From assembly GCA_965216635.1 (NCBI GenBank), contig OZ244188.1, forward strand, positions 2,144,001 through 2,208,000: a stretch of 64,000 nt of DNA. Reading direction: 5' to 3'. Positions within the stretch are counted from its first letter, which is position 1, and every line of letters starts with the position of its first letter. Shown piece by piece: positions 19,437-29,393 of this stretch. Under the pieces are notes generated by a model, which searched no databases, had not been told where the DNA came from, and saw nothing but the letters and a program-made list of their open reading frames with translations. The stretch is from a bacterium (lineage in GTDB: Bacteria; SAR324; XYD2-FULL-50-16; G965216635). A program made the position numbers and the translations under genes.

Positions 19437-20120
19437 TTAACTCAAAACTTTTAAAAGCTGCAATACAGCCACAACCAGCCCACCAACTGCTAACTGGACT
19501 GACACACCCCAAAATAATAAAGAGTTTTTATTTTTTTCTGCTTCTGTTCTCATCTTTTCTATTTTTAAGTCTGTAGCGTTATTGCTGTCTACGATTTTAC
19601 TCTCAATATCTTTCAGTTTTAAGTCTGTAGCGTTATTGCTGTCTACGATTTTACTCTCAATATCTTTCAGTTTTAGGTTTGTTTCGTTTCTGTTGTCTGT
19701 TATTATTTTTTCCAGGTCGTTTCTGTTTTTTGTTATTATTTTTTCTAGGTTACTTTTGGTTTCTACGATTTTACTCTCAATATCTTTCAGTTTTAGGTCT
19801 GTTTCGTTTTTATTGTCTGTTATTATTCTTATCAAGTCGCTTTTGGTTTCTACGATTTTACTCTCAATATCTTTCAGTTTTAGATCTGTATCATTTTTGT
19901 TATCTGAAATGATGGCTTCCAATCTCCAGATATCTCCTTTGTCCGTAGGAAGAGTGGTATCCAAACCCGTTTCTGCTGCACTAGAAGCCAAAGCTTTTGG
20001 GACCAGCTCTACAAACTCTCCAATAGCAATCTCTGCTCTCTTTTTTTCTGCACCTAGTCCAATCAAAAGATCGTAGATTTTAGTAGAAGTAAATTTTTGT
20101 GCTGTAGCTGTTCTTAACAT
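19437..20120 (-). CDS. Bdr/DUF1640(CCDC90)-like coiled-coil repeat protein with C-terminal TM, paralog 1
   Basis: DKGDIWRLE neck, 18-aa TDLKLKDIESKIV repeats, C-terminal hydrophobic helix. Confidence 0.75.
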   Translation of the reverse strand: MLRTATAQKFTSTKIYDLLIGLGAEKKRAEIAIGEFVELVPKALASSAAETGLDTTLPTDKGDIWRLEAIISDNKNDTDLKLKDIESKIVETKSDLIRIITDNKNETDLKLKDIESKIVETKSNLEKIITKNRNDLEKIITDNRNETNLKLKDIESKIVDSNNATDLKLKDIESKIVDSNNATDLKIEKMRTEAEKNKNSLLFWGVSVQLAVGGLVVAVLQLLKVLS

Positions 20121-20132
20121 TTTATTTTTAAA

Positions 20133-20491
20133 TAGTTTTTTGAATTTGCGTTCTGTTTAGCCAAAACAAGCTTATTGCTTGACTCTTTTTATGGGCTATT
20201 TGTGAAACAGCCAAAGGGCTGTTTCACAGTTCATTCTTGCTTAATGCAAAGTCTATAGTATTTTTTACTACGGCATTAAAAAAAATTTTTAACTCTTGAA
20301 ATACTCTCTTATTGCTATCTATTTCATAAGGGTTATAGCAAAAGCTCCACTGGAGCTTTTGCATTTTATTTATACAGGATATTAAATTTTGTAGAATTTT
20401 TGTTCTACGATATTCCAGCGAGCTAAAAATTTTTTTCGCACCTGTTCTAACCATTTGGCTAGCCGTCACATCAGCGAAATTCAAAGATCTA
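20133..20491. mobile_element. Long family-A MITE-like element with a nested ~100-bp module
   Basis: Colinear with 45047-45304 except for an insertion in the GAAATAC..TATTCC loop. Confidence 0.8.
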
Positions 20492-20683
20492 TAAAAGTTT
20501 TTATAGCTGGTTGTTTTATTTGGTTGTTTTATTTTGGCAAATTCTCCCATTAAAGTCAAGTCACCAAAAAATAAAAAGGCAACCAAAAGATAGACAAAAA
20601 GGTGAAAATAAAAAGATAAAGAGAAAAATCACAAAAAACTAAATAAAAAAACTACCTTATTTTTTCTCTATTTTAGATTTACA

Positions 20684-21433
20684 CTAACTCAAAACTTTTA
20701 AAAGCTGCAATACAGCCACAACCAGCCCACCAACTGCTAGCTGTGTTGAAATTCCTATAATCAATAGAGCGTTTTTGTGTTTTTCTGCTTCTGTTCTCAT
20801 TCTTTCTATTTTTAAGTCTGTAGCGTTATTGCTGTCTACGATTTTACTCTCAATATCTTTCAGTTTTAAGTCTGTTTCGTTTTTATTGTCTGTTATTATT
20901 CTTATCAAGTCGCTTTTGGTTTCTACGATTTTACTCTCAATATCTTTCAGTTTTAGGTCTGTTTCGTTTTTATTGTCTGTTATTATTTTTTCCAGGTCGT
21001 TTTTGTTGTCTGTTATTATTTTTTCCAGGTCGTTTCTGTTTTTTGTTATTATTTTTTCTAGGTTACTTTTGGTTTCTACGATTTTACTCTCAATATCTTT
21101 CAGTTTTAGGTCTGTTTCGTTTTTATTGTCTGTTATTATTCTTATCAAGTCGCTTTTGGTTTCTACGATTTCACTCTCAATATCTTTCAGTTTTAGATCT
21201 GTATCGTTTTTGTTCTCTGAAATGATGGCTTCCAATCTCCAAATATCCCCTTTGTCCGTAGGAAGAGTGGTATCCAAACCCGTTTCTGCTGCACTAGAAG
21301 CCAAAGCTTTTGGGACCAAATCTACAAACTCTCCAATAGCAATCTCTGCTCTCTTTTTTTCTGCACCTAGTCCAATCAAAAGATCGTAGATTTTAGTAGA
21401 AGTAAATTTTTGTGCTGTAGTTGCTCGTAACAT
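20684..21433 (-). CDS. Bdr/DUF1640-like coiled-coil repeat protein, paralog 2
   Basis: Near-identical N-terminus, different repeat composition. Confidence 0.75.
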   Translation of the reverse strand: MLRATTAQKFTSTKIYDLLIGLGAEKKRAEIAIGEFVDLVPKALASSAAETGLDTTLPTDKGDIWRLEAIISENKNDTDLKLKDIESEIVETKSDLIRIITDNKNETDLKLKDIESKIVETKSNLEKIITKNRNDLEKIITDNKNDLEKIITDNKNETDLKLKDIESKIVETKSDLIRIITDNKNETDLKLKDIESKIVDSNNATDLKIERMRTEAEKHKNALLIIGISTQLAVGGLVVAVLQLLKVLS

Positions 21434-21445
21434 TTTATTTTTATA

Positions 21446-21804
21446 AGGTTTTTTGAATTTGCGTTCTGTTTAGCCAAAACAAGCTTATTGCTTGACTCTT
21501 TTTATGGGCTATTTGTGAAACAGCCAAAGGGCTGTTTCACAGTTTATTCTTGCTTAATGCAAGGTCTATAGTATTTTTTACTACGCCATTGAAAAAAATT
21601 TTTAACTCTTGAAATACTCTCTTATTGCTATCTATTTCATAAGGGTTATAGCAAAAGCTCCACTGGAGCTTTTGCATTTTATTTATACAGGATATTAAAT
21701 TTTGTAGAATTTTTGTTCTACGATATTCCAGCGAGCTAAAAATTTTTTTCGCACCTGTTCTAACCATTTGGCTAGCCGTCACATCAGCGAAATTCAAAGA
21801 TCTA
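21446..21804. mobile_element. Long family-A MITE-like element (duplicated with the gene unit)
   Basis: Near-identical to 20133-20491. Confidence 0.8.
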
Positions 21805-21995
21805 TAAAAGTTTTTATAGCTGGTTGTCTTATTTGGTTGTTTTATTTTGGCAAATTCTCCCATTAAAGTCAAGTCACCAAAAAATAAAAAGGCAACCAAA
21901 AGATAGACAAAAGGTGAAAATAAAAAGATAAAGAGAAAAATCACAAAAAACTAAATAAAAAAACTACCTTATTTTTTCTCTATTTTAGATTTACA

Positions 21996-22799
21996 CTAAC
22001 TCAAAACTTTTAAAAGCTGCAATACAGCCACAACCAGCCCACCAACTGCTAACTGGACTGACACACCCCAAAATAATAAAGAGTTTTTATTTTTTTCTGC
22101 TTCTGTTCTCATCTTTTCTATTTTTAAGTCTGTAGCGTTATTGCTGTCTACGATTTTACTCTCAATATCTTTCAGTTTTAAGTCTGTAGCGTTATTGCTG
22201 TCTACGATTTTACTCTCAATATCTTTCAGTTTTAAGTCTGTAGCGTTATTGCTGTCTACGATTTTACTCTCAATATCTTTCAGTTTTAGGTTTGTTTCGT
22301 TTTTGTTGTCTGTTATTATTTTTTCTAGGTCGTTTTTGTTGTCTGTTATTATTTTTTCCAGGTCGTTTCTGTTGTCTGTTATTATTTTTTCCAGGTCGTT
22401 TCTGTTTTTTGTTATTATTTTTTCTAGGTTACTTTTGGTTTCTACGATTTTACTCTCAATATCTTTCAGTTTTAGGTCTGTTTCGTTTTTATTGTCTGTT
22501 ATTATTCTTATCAAGTCGCTTTTGGTTTCTACGATTTCACTCTCAATATCTTTCAGTTTTAGATCTGTATCATTTTTGTTATCTGAAATGATGGATTCCA
22601 ATCTCCAGATATCTCCTTTGTCCGTAGGAAGAGTGGTATCCAAACCCGTTTCTGCTGCACTAGAAGCCAAAGCTTTTGGGACCAAATCTACAAACTCTCC
22701 AATAGCAATCTCTGCTCTCTTTTTTTCTGCACCTAGTCCAATCAAAAGATCGTAGATTTTGGTAGAAGTAAATTTTTGTGCTGTAGTTGCTCGTAACAT
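21996..22799 (-). CDS. Bdr/DUF1640-like coiled-coil repeat protein, paralog 3
   Basis: As above, more repeats. Confidence 0.75.
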   Translation of the reverse strand: MLRATTAQKFTSTKIYDLLIGLGAEKKRAEIAIGEFVDLVPKALASSAAETGLDTTLPTDKGDIWRLESIISDNKNDTDLKLKDIESEIVETKSDLIRIITDNKNETDLKLKDIESKIVETKSNLEKIITKNRNDLEKIITDNRNDLEKIITDNKNDLEKIITDNKNETNLKLKDIESKIVDSNNATDLKLKDIESKIVDSNNATDLKLKDIESKIVDSNNATDLKIEKMRTEAEKNKNSLLFWGVSVQLAVGGLVVAVLQLLKVLS

Positions 22800-22891
22800 T
22801 TTATTTTTTAATTTAATGATTAAACATAAGAAAAATGGATCTTAAATCTATTTAAAAACCATATAATAATCAAATGCTCCTTTAACCAAAT

Positions 22892-23779
22892 CTACAAATT
22901 GCTTGAAAATTGTAATAAGCCAAGCATTATAGCGCTCAATATACCTATACTGGCTAGAGTAGTCGCAACGAACCATTTGATTATATCAGATCTACTGTTT
23001 GCTATTTTTAACTCAAGGTCGTTTTTGCTTTCTATTATTTTCAACTCAATATCTTTCAGTTTTAAGTCTGTAGCGTTATTGCTGTCTACGATTTTACTCT
23101 CAATATCTTTCAGTTTTAAGTCTGTAGCGTTACTGCTGTCTACGATTTTACTCTCAATATCTTTCAGTTTTAAGTCTGTAGCGTTACTGCTGTCTACGAT
23201 TTTACTCTCAATATCTTTCAGTTTTAAGTCTGTAGCGTTACTGCTGTCTACGATTTTACTCTCAATATCTTTCAGTTTTAGATCTGTAGCGTTATTGCTG
23301 TCTACGATTTTACTCTCAATATCTTTCAGTTTTAGATCTGTATCGGTTTTGTTGTCTGTTATTATTTTTTCTAGGTCGTTTCTGTTGTCTGTTATTATTT
23401 TTTCTAGGTTACTTTTGGTTTCTACGATTTTACTCTCAATATCTTTCAGTTTTAGGTCTGTTTCGTTTTTATTGTCTGTTATTATTCTTATCAAGTCGCT
23501 TTTGGTTTCTACGATTTCACTCTCAATATCTTTCAGTTTTAGGTTTGTTTCGTTTTTGTTGTCTGAAATGATGGCTTCCAATCTCCAGATATCCCCTTTG
23601 TCCGTAGGAAGAGTGGTATCCAAACCCGTTTTTGCTGCACTAGAAGCCAAAGCTTTTGGTCTCAGTTCTACAAACTCTCCAATAGCAATCTCTGCTTTCT
23701 TTTTTTCTGCACCTAGTCCAATCAAAAGATCGTAGATTTTAGTAGAAGTAAATTTTTGTGCTGTAGTTGCTCGTAACAT
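22892..23779 (-). CDS. Bdr/DUF1640-like coiled-coil repeat protein, paralog 4
   Basis: Longest repeat tract; SDIIKWFVA..TM tail typical of DUF1640-like proteins. Confidence 0.78.
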   Translation of the reverse strand: MLRATTAQKFTSTKIYDLLIGLGAEKKKAEIAIGEFVELRPKALASSAAKTGLDTTLPTDKGDIWRLEAIISDNKNETNLKLKDIESEIVETKSDLIRIITDNKNETDLKLKDIESKIVETKSNLEKIITDNRNDLEKIITDNKTDTDLKLKDIESKIVDSNNATDLKLKDIESKIVDSSNATDLKLKDIESKIVDSSNATDLKLKDIESKIVDSSNATDLKLKDIESKIVDSNNATDLKLKDIELKIIESKNDLELKIANSRSDIIKWFVATTLASIGILSAIMLGLLQFSSNL

Positions 23780-23889
23780 TTTATTTTTTTAAAGTTTTTA
23801 TAGCTGGTTGTTTTATTTTGGCAAATTTTCCTTTTAAAGTCAATAACCCCCAAAAAATAAAAAGGTAAAAACTGCTAAAATAGCAAACG

Positions 23890-25257
23890 CTATGGTTTCC
23901 TCCCCTGCTGTTTGTGGCCTTTTAGCTGTTTTTGTACTTTTAGCTGTTTGTGGATTTTTAGTTGTTTGGATTTAGTTGTTTGGATTTTAGCAGTTTCCTT
24001 GCCTAATAGGATGCCAGCCCGCAAAACCCAGCCTATTTGCCATAAACAGAAGTTATGCTTTTGTATATAACCTTTGCTTGTAGCTTTATTGGGGCAATCA
24101 AAAGAAACCACTCTATTGGAATCGCTATAAAGAATACTATCTCCTTTCGCATTTTTTAAATTTTCAATAAAAAAAGCAATGTTCTTTTGTGGGGTTAAAA
24201 TTTCTACTTCCATTTCTTGTCGCAGTGGATTTTTTGTTTGTAGGTAGACCCGTTGTTTTTTGCTATCGTAAAAAACAATAACTCCTGAAAATTCAAAGAT
24301 ACGCTTTTGATTTATTTTGCTATTTTTAGCTGTGCCGTCGTAAATACTTCGCTTATCTGCCTTTTTTTTAAGTGATGCCGTAGTATAACCACGGTGGGGT
24401 AATTTTTTTAGCTCTTCTTTGCCCTCTATAGTTAGATAAGTAGAAATTGCTGAGGCGCTCTTTTTATTCCGTTCAATTTCTTGTAATAAATGGCTGTATG
24501 CCCTCACTGTAGACGCTAAATAAAGCTCTCCTTTCATCCTTCCTTCAATTTTTGCTGCATCCAACCCTTGAGCTACAAAGTCTTTTAGATTGACAAATCC
24601 GTTTAAATCTTTAGAACTTAATAAAGTTTTGGCTTCTGGTAGTATTTTATTTTTATTATTTTGAATATTGTAAATATGGCGACAGCTTTGAATACATCCT
24701 CCGCGATTGCTATCTCTACCTGCGGTGTAATTAGAAATAGTGCAGTGTCCGGAATAAGACATACACATTGCACCGTGAATGAAAAGCTCTATTTCTATAC
24801 CTACCTCTCGTTTGATTTTTGCTGCTTGTTTGATACTCAATTCTCGCCCCAATACAATCCGCTTCACCCCTAAACATTTCCAAATTTTGGCGTGCCAAGA
24901 ATTTAAAACAAAGGCTTGTGTAGAAAGATGCACGGGAATTTTACTATTTTCTTTAACCAGTCGCACCACTCCTAAATCTGCACAAATCACAGCATCAATT
25001 TTGATTTTTTCTAAAAATTTGAGATAATCAAACAAACCTTCAAAGTCTTTATCGTGAAGATAGGCGTTTAGAGTGACATAGATTTTTTTATTGTGTTTGT
25101 GGCAAAACTGACTCGCTTGCTCCAATTCGGAAGGAGTAAAATTATCTGCACCCGCCCGCAAACTATACTTTTGTCCCGCTAAATAAACAGCATCTGCCCC
25201 GTAAAGAATAGCTGTTTTGAGTTTATTGAAGTTTCCAGCGGGAGCTACTATTTCCAT
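23890..25257 (-). CDS. U32 family peptidase (TrhP/YegQ-like RNA hydroxylation protein)
   Basis: EIVAPAG, YGADAVY, HLSTQA, HGAMCMSYSGHC, NRGGCIQSCR, KIEGRMK. Confidence 0.9.
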   Translation of the reverse strand: MEIVAPAGNFNKLKTAILYGADAVYLAGQKYSLRAGADNFTPSELEQASQFCHKHNKKIYVTLNAYLHDKDFEGLFDYLKFLEKIKIDAVICADLGVVRLVKENSKIPVHLSTQAFVLNSWHAKIWKCLGVKRIVLGRELSIKQAAKIKREVGIEIELFIHGAMCMSYSGHCTISNYTAGRDSNRGGCIQSCRHIYNIQNNKNKILPEAKTLLSSKDLNGFVNLKDFVAQGLDAAKIEGRMKGELYLASTVRAYSHLLQEIERNKKSASAISTYLTIEGKEELKKLPHRGYTTASLKKKADKRSIYDGTAKNSKINQKRIFEFSGVIVFYDSKKQRVYLQTKNPLRQEMEVEILTPQKNIAFFIENLKNAKGDSILYSDSNRVVSFDCPNKATSKGYIQKHNFCLWQIGWVLRAGILLGKETAKIQTTKSKQLKIHKQLKVQKQLKGHKQQGRKP

Positions 25258-25271
25258 TATTAATAAAAAAT

Positions 25272-26180
25272 CTAACAGACCTTTGTTAATTTTAATTTGA
25301 CTAAAACCAAAGGAACTAAATAAACGGCTGTAAAAGCTAATAGAAAATAACGCAGATAGCGAAAAACATACGCCACAATACCTCCTGCATCTTCTCCTAA
25401 TAAAAGACTATTGATTTCAGAAAATCCTATCCAAACCGCACAAATTAAGGCAAACCCTATAAATGTTTTTAGAAAACCATTTAAAAAACTGGAAGAGCTA
25501 GCCGAAAATTTTAGACGCCTTATTTCCAATGCCCTCGCCCATACTAAACCAAAAAATAATCCGCTATAAGTGGCAATTTCTGCACCTATTTCTTGAAAAT
25601 CTGCTAGCCAACCAAAAAAACCTGTCGCTATTACAGAAAATAAAAAAGTGGCAACCAACCCTTTTTTTGCTGTAATTTTATGGGCAAATCTATCCCAATA
25701 AAAAACAAGCAGTAAAGACAAAACTACGCCAGCCACCCAACCAAGCAAAACATCTTCAAAATAATGCACTCCTAGAAAGAGCCTGCTAAAGCCAATAAGA
25801 AAAATAAAAAGCACAGCAGTATAAATAAGCCAGTTTTTTCGAAATTTTAGAGCAAGGCTTATCCAAAAAGAAGCAGAAACTTGAGCGTGACCTGACGGGG
25901 TGCTATAACCTGAGGCTTCTACTTGATGCAAGAAATTGGGGGGACGAGGATTGGCTATCAATATTTTCGCTACGCTATTGAAAATAGAAGAAAAAACTAC
26001 AATAAAAATAAGTTGATAGCCTTTATTTTTATCTACTGCTAGATAAATACAACACAAAATACCAAGGTAGGCTGCGAAATCTCCTAGATGCGTTATCCAA
26101 GTGAAAAAAAATAAAGTGAAATCACTATGCCATTCTGCTAGATTTGTGATGAATGCACCGTTGAAAGATAAGTTTGCCAT
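25272..26180 (-). CDS. PAP2 family membrane phosphatase
   Basis: K.....PRP, PSGHAQ, SRLFLGVHYFEDV. Confidence 0.92.
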   Translation of the reverse strand: MANLSFNGAFITNLAEWHSDFTLFFFTWITHLGDFAAYLGILCCIYLAVDKNKGYQLIFIVVFSSIFNSVAKILIANPRPPNFLHQVEASGYSTPSGHAQVSASFWISLALKFRKNWLIYTAVLFIFLIGFSRLFLGVHYFEDVLLGWVAGVVLSLLLVFYWDRFAHKITAKKGLVATFLFSVIATGFFGWLADFQEIGAEIATYSGLFFGLVWARALEIRRLKFSASSSSFLNGFLKTFIGFALICAVWIGFSEINSLLLGEDAGGIVAYVFRYLRYFLLAFTAVYLVPLVLVKLKLTKVC

Positions 26181-26251
26181 GATTCTGGGCGTTGTTTTTT
26201 TTATTAACTAGACTATAGTATATTTTACAAACTATACCAAAAAATTTTGAA

Positions 26252-28048
26252 ATGAAAAAAATAAAATTTATGGATACCTCATTTAGAGACGGTTTCCAAT
26301 CCTGTTATGGGGCTAGAGTTTTGACAAAAGATTTTCTACCTGCATTAGAAGCCAGTGTAGAAGCGGGTATTCATCATTTTGAAGCAGGAGGCGGAGCAAG
26401 GTTTCAGAGTCTTTTTTTCTATTGCAACGAATCCGCTTTTGATATGATGGATTCTTTTCGTATCAAAGCAGGAGAAGACGCAAACCTACAAACTTTAGCT
26501 AGAGGTATCAATGTTGTAGCTTTATCACAACAACCCAAAGATATTATTGAGCTGCACGCTAAGATGTTTAAAAAGCACGGTATGACGACTATCCGCAATT
26601 TTGACGCTTTAAACGATATAGAAAATTTGAGATTTTCGGGTGAAGTGATTACAAAACACGGCTTGCACCATCAAATTGTGATTACGCTAATGGATTTGCC
26701 GCCAAACTGTGCAGGAGATATACATACTGCTGGTTATTATCTTAAAAAATTAAAAGAAATTTTGAAATCGGATATTCCTTTTGATTCTATTTGTTTTAAA
26801 GATGCAAGTGGGACTGCTAATCAAAGGAAAGTTTTTGAAACTTTAAAAGAAGCTAGAAAAATAGTGCCTCAAGATATGGTAATTTGGTTCCATACTCACG
26901 ATACCGCAAGCAACGCCATCGCTCAAAATTTAGCGGCTATCGCAGGCGGAGCAGATGGAATTGATCTCTCCAAAAGCCCTTGCAGTGGGGGAACTTGCCA
27001 AGCCGATATAATTTGTATGTGGCACGCTCTTAAAGGCACTGGGTTTAGTTTAGAGCTAGACCCTGATAAAATTTTGACTGCGATAGAAGTTTTTGAAGAC
27101 TGCATGAAGGATTATTTTTTGCCTCCCGAAGCTACAAAAATTTCTTATAAAATTCCTTTTTCTCCCATGCCTGGGGGAGCTTTGACTGCCAACACTATGA
27201 TGATGAGAGATACTGATACTCTGCATCTTTACAACGCAGTAATCAAAGAAATGGCAGATGTAATTCGTAAAGGAGGGTATGGCACTTCTGTGACTCCCGT
27301 CTCTCAATTTTATTTTCAACAGGCTTACGCCAATGTAACGCAAGGAAAATGGAAAAATATAACTTCTGGTTATGGCAATATGGTTTTGGGTTACTTTGGT
27401 AAAACTCCGACTAACCCCGACCCTGAAGTAGTAAAAATAGCCGCCAAAAAATTAAACAAACCGCCTTTTATAGGAGATCCTTTAGCTGGTTTAGAAGACG
27501 GAATTCCTAAAGCTAAGAAAATTTTGGAAGAAAATAATTTAGACACAACAGAAGAAAATATTTTTATTATTGCTAGTTGTGAAGAAAAAGGGTTGCAATT
27601 TCTTTTAGGCAACGCTGTGGCAAATATTCGTAAAATATCTGAGCTGCCTGCAACTTCAACCGCTTCTGCTCCTGTTGGGGCGAGTACAGGATCGCAAAGC
27701 TACCAAGTGAAAGTAGACGGAGTTTCTTATAATGTAGAAGTTGCGGAAGGAGGTGCTACAACAAAAATAGAACCAAACCTTCAAAAATCACAAGAAAAAT
27801 CAAATGGCAGCAATTCTGCTGGAGGCGGAGAAATTGGCGAAGAAATTAAAGCCTTTGCTCCCGGTAATATTTTGAAAATTATGGTGGAAGCGGGACAAGA
27901 AGTCAAAAAGGGAGATACTCTTTTGATTATAGAGGCTATGAAAATGGAAAGCCCTGTTGTCTCTCCTTGTAGCGGAAAAATTGGAGAGATTGCCATTTCT
28001 GCTGGTGCTACAGTGCAGACTGGAGACTTACTCTTGACTATAGAATAG
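26252..28048 (+). CDS. oadA: Oxaloacetate decarboxylase alpha / pyruvate carboxylase B subunit with biotinyl domain
   Basis: DTSFRDGFQS, HTHDT, PMPGG, SVTPVSQ, EAMKME. Confidence 0.85.
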   Translation: MKKIKFMDTSFRDGFQSCYGARVLTKDFLPALEASVEAGIHHFEAGGGARFQSLFFYCNESAFDMMDSFRIKAGEDANLQTLARGINVVALSQQPKDIIELHAKMFKKHGMTTIRNFDALNDIENLRFSGEVITKHGLHHQIVITLMDLPPNCAGDIHTAGYYLKKLKEILKSDIPFDSICFKDASGTANQRKVFETLKEARKIVPQDMVIWFHTHDTASNAIAQNLAAIAGGADGIDLSKSPCSGGTCQADIICMWHALKGTGFSLELDPDKILTAIEVFEDCMKDYFLPPEATKISYKIPFSPMPGGALTANTMMMRDTDTLHLYNAVIKEMADVIRKGGYGTSVTPVSQFYFQQAYANVTQGKWKNITSGYGNMVLGYFGKTPTNPDPEVVKIAAKKLNKPPFIGDPLAGLEDGIPKAKKILEENNLDTTEENIFIIASCEEKGLQFLLGNAVANIRKISELPATSTASAPVGASTGSQSYQVKVDGVSYNVEVAEGGATTKIEPNLQKSQEKSNGSNSAGGGEIGEEIKAFAPGNILKIMVEAGQEVKKGDTLLIIEAMKMESPVVSPCSGKIGEIAISAGATVQTGDLLLTIE

Positions 28049-28122
28049 ATCTCGCTTTTGTTTGTTGGATTATTATCAATAATAAAATTGTTTATTTTAA
28101 TTTTCAAACTGATCAAAAAACT

Positions 28123-28251
28123 ATGACACTATCAATTATAATTGCTTCATTTCTTGTTTTTGGGTTTTTTATACCCGTGATTTATTTTTCTATTTTTGAA
28201 GGCTTGCCTGTTAGTGAAAATAAGAAAAAAAAGACAAGAAAAAAAGTTTAA
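28123..28251 (+). CDS. Possible 42-aa single-TM small protein
   Basis: MTLSIIIASFLVFGFFIPVIYFSIFEGLPVSENKKKKTRKKV; below ORF-track cutoff; no clear RBS. Confidence 0.35.
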   Translation: MTLSIIIASFLVFGFFIPVIYFSIFEGLPVSENKKKKTRKKV

Positions 28252-28293
28252 TATTATCCGTGAAGTTTTTTGAATTTTTGGACTAAACTTTAT

Positions 28294-29268
28294 CTAACTC
28301 AAAAAATCTTTTTTGATCTTTTCAACCAAAACTTCATCCACCTTCACTCCTTCTTTTTGGGAGCGCTCACGGTTCGCAAACCGCCTGCTACCGGGAATAC
28401 GATCACCTAATTGTTCTAGTAGTAAATCTATTTGACTATGAAATGTTTGGTGTTGGGGAGCAATAGCGATAAAACACTGTCCAGTTTTTGGAGGACCTCC
28501 CGCCTCTCCACTGAAAGGAGCTGCGTGAATACCGAGCTGAGCATTAGACAAGGCTGCTGCCATAATTTCTACTAGTAACCCTATAGAAAATCCTTTATAT
28601 CCCCCAAAAGCCACCATTGTTCCAGCTAAACCTTTGTTAGCATCGGTGGTGGTGTTCCCATCGGCATCTAACACCCAACCTTCTGGAACTGGTTTGTTTT
28701 CTTTCGCATAAACCATTACTTCGGATTTTGCAATCACACTAGCGCTTTGGTCTATTAGCAAACGGGGGTGATTCTTTCCCGAAACTGCTAAAGAAAAAGG
28801 GTTCGTTCCAATGGCAGGTTTTGTTTTGCCAATAGGAGCAATAGAGGCGGGGGCGTTTGTAAAACCCAAACCTATCATTTTTGATGGCTGACTAATCATT
28901 TCAGTGTGATAGCCTAAAACACCACAATTGTAAGAATTATTGACTGTCATATAAGCAATTCCCATTTTCTGTGCGAGAGGTAATAATTCCCCGATGCCCA
29001 TTTTGATAGCAGGGTGTGCAAATCCTGTCTTGGCATCTACTTGCACTACAGAAGGCGCTGGAATGCTAACTTCTGGTTTTGCTTTGCCGTCCACTTTGCC
29101 GCATTTTAAATGCAAACAATAGGTTGGAATATAACGCAGTCCGTGGCTAGGAATACCATCAGCTTCAGATGCGGTTACCGCATCCGCCAAAGGCTCTGCA
29201 TTTTCTGGTAAAGCTCCCGCAGAAATTAAAGATTCAAGAGCTAGTTGTTTTATTTGTTTTAGTTGCAT
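28294..29268 (-). CDS. Ldh_2 (malate/L-lactate/sulfolactate dehydrogenase, ComC-like) oxidoreductase
   Basis: ADGIPSHGL, GTNPFS, FGGYKG motifs. Confidence 0.88.
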   Translation of the reverse strand: MQLKQIKQLALESLISAGALPENAEPLADAVTASEADGIPSHGLRYIPTYCLHLKCGKVDGKAKPEVSIPAPSVVQVDAKTGFAHPAIKMGIGELLPLAQKMGIAYMTVNNSYNCGVLGYHTEMISQPSKMIGLGFTNAPASIAPIGKTKPAIGTNPFSLAVSGKNHPRLLIDQSASVIAKSEVMVYAKENKPVPEGWVLDADGNTTTDANKGLAGTMVAFGGYKGFSIGLLVEIMAAALSNAQLGIHAAPFSGEAGGPPKTGQCFIAIAPQHQTFHSQIDLLLEQLGDRIPGSRRFANRERSQKEGVKVDEVLVEKIKKDFLS

Positions 29269-29393
29269 AAATTTTTATTTTTTTTATAAGTTATACTAAA
29301 AATTTCATAGTCCCACAAAATACTTGTTTTTTAAATAGATTTTTGGTATTTTTTTTATAAAAAATAAAACTATTCTTAAAAAGAATTTTCAAT

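Noticed and set aside
20224..21944. Two similar ORFs (20224-20586 and 21537-21944) as a duplicated gene
   Set aside because: They lie mostly across the MITE and promoter DNA, start at non-ATG codons, and the 45047 copy lacks the inserted module
19582..23735. Long plus-strand ORFs opposite the coiled-coil genes
   Set aside because: Antisense shadows of repetitive coding sequence
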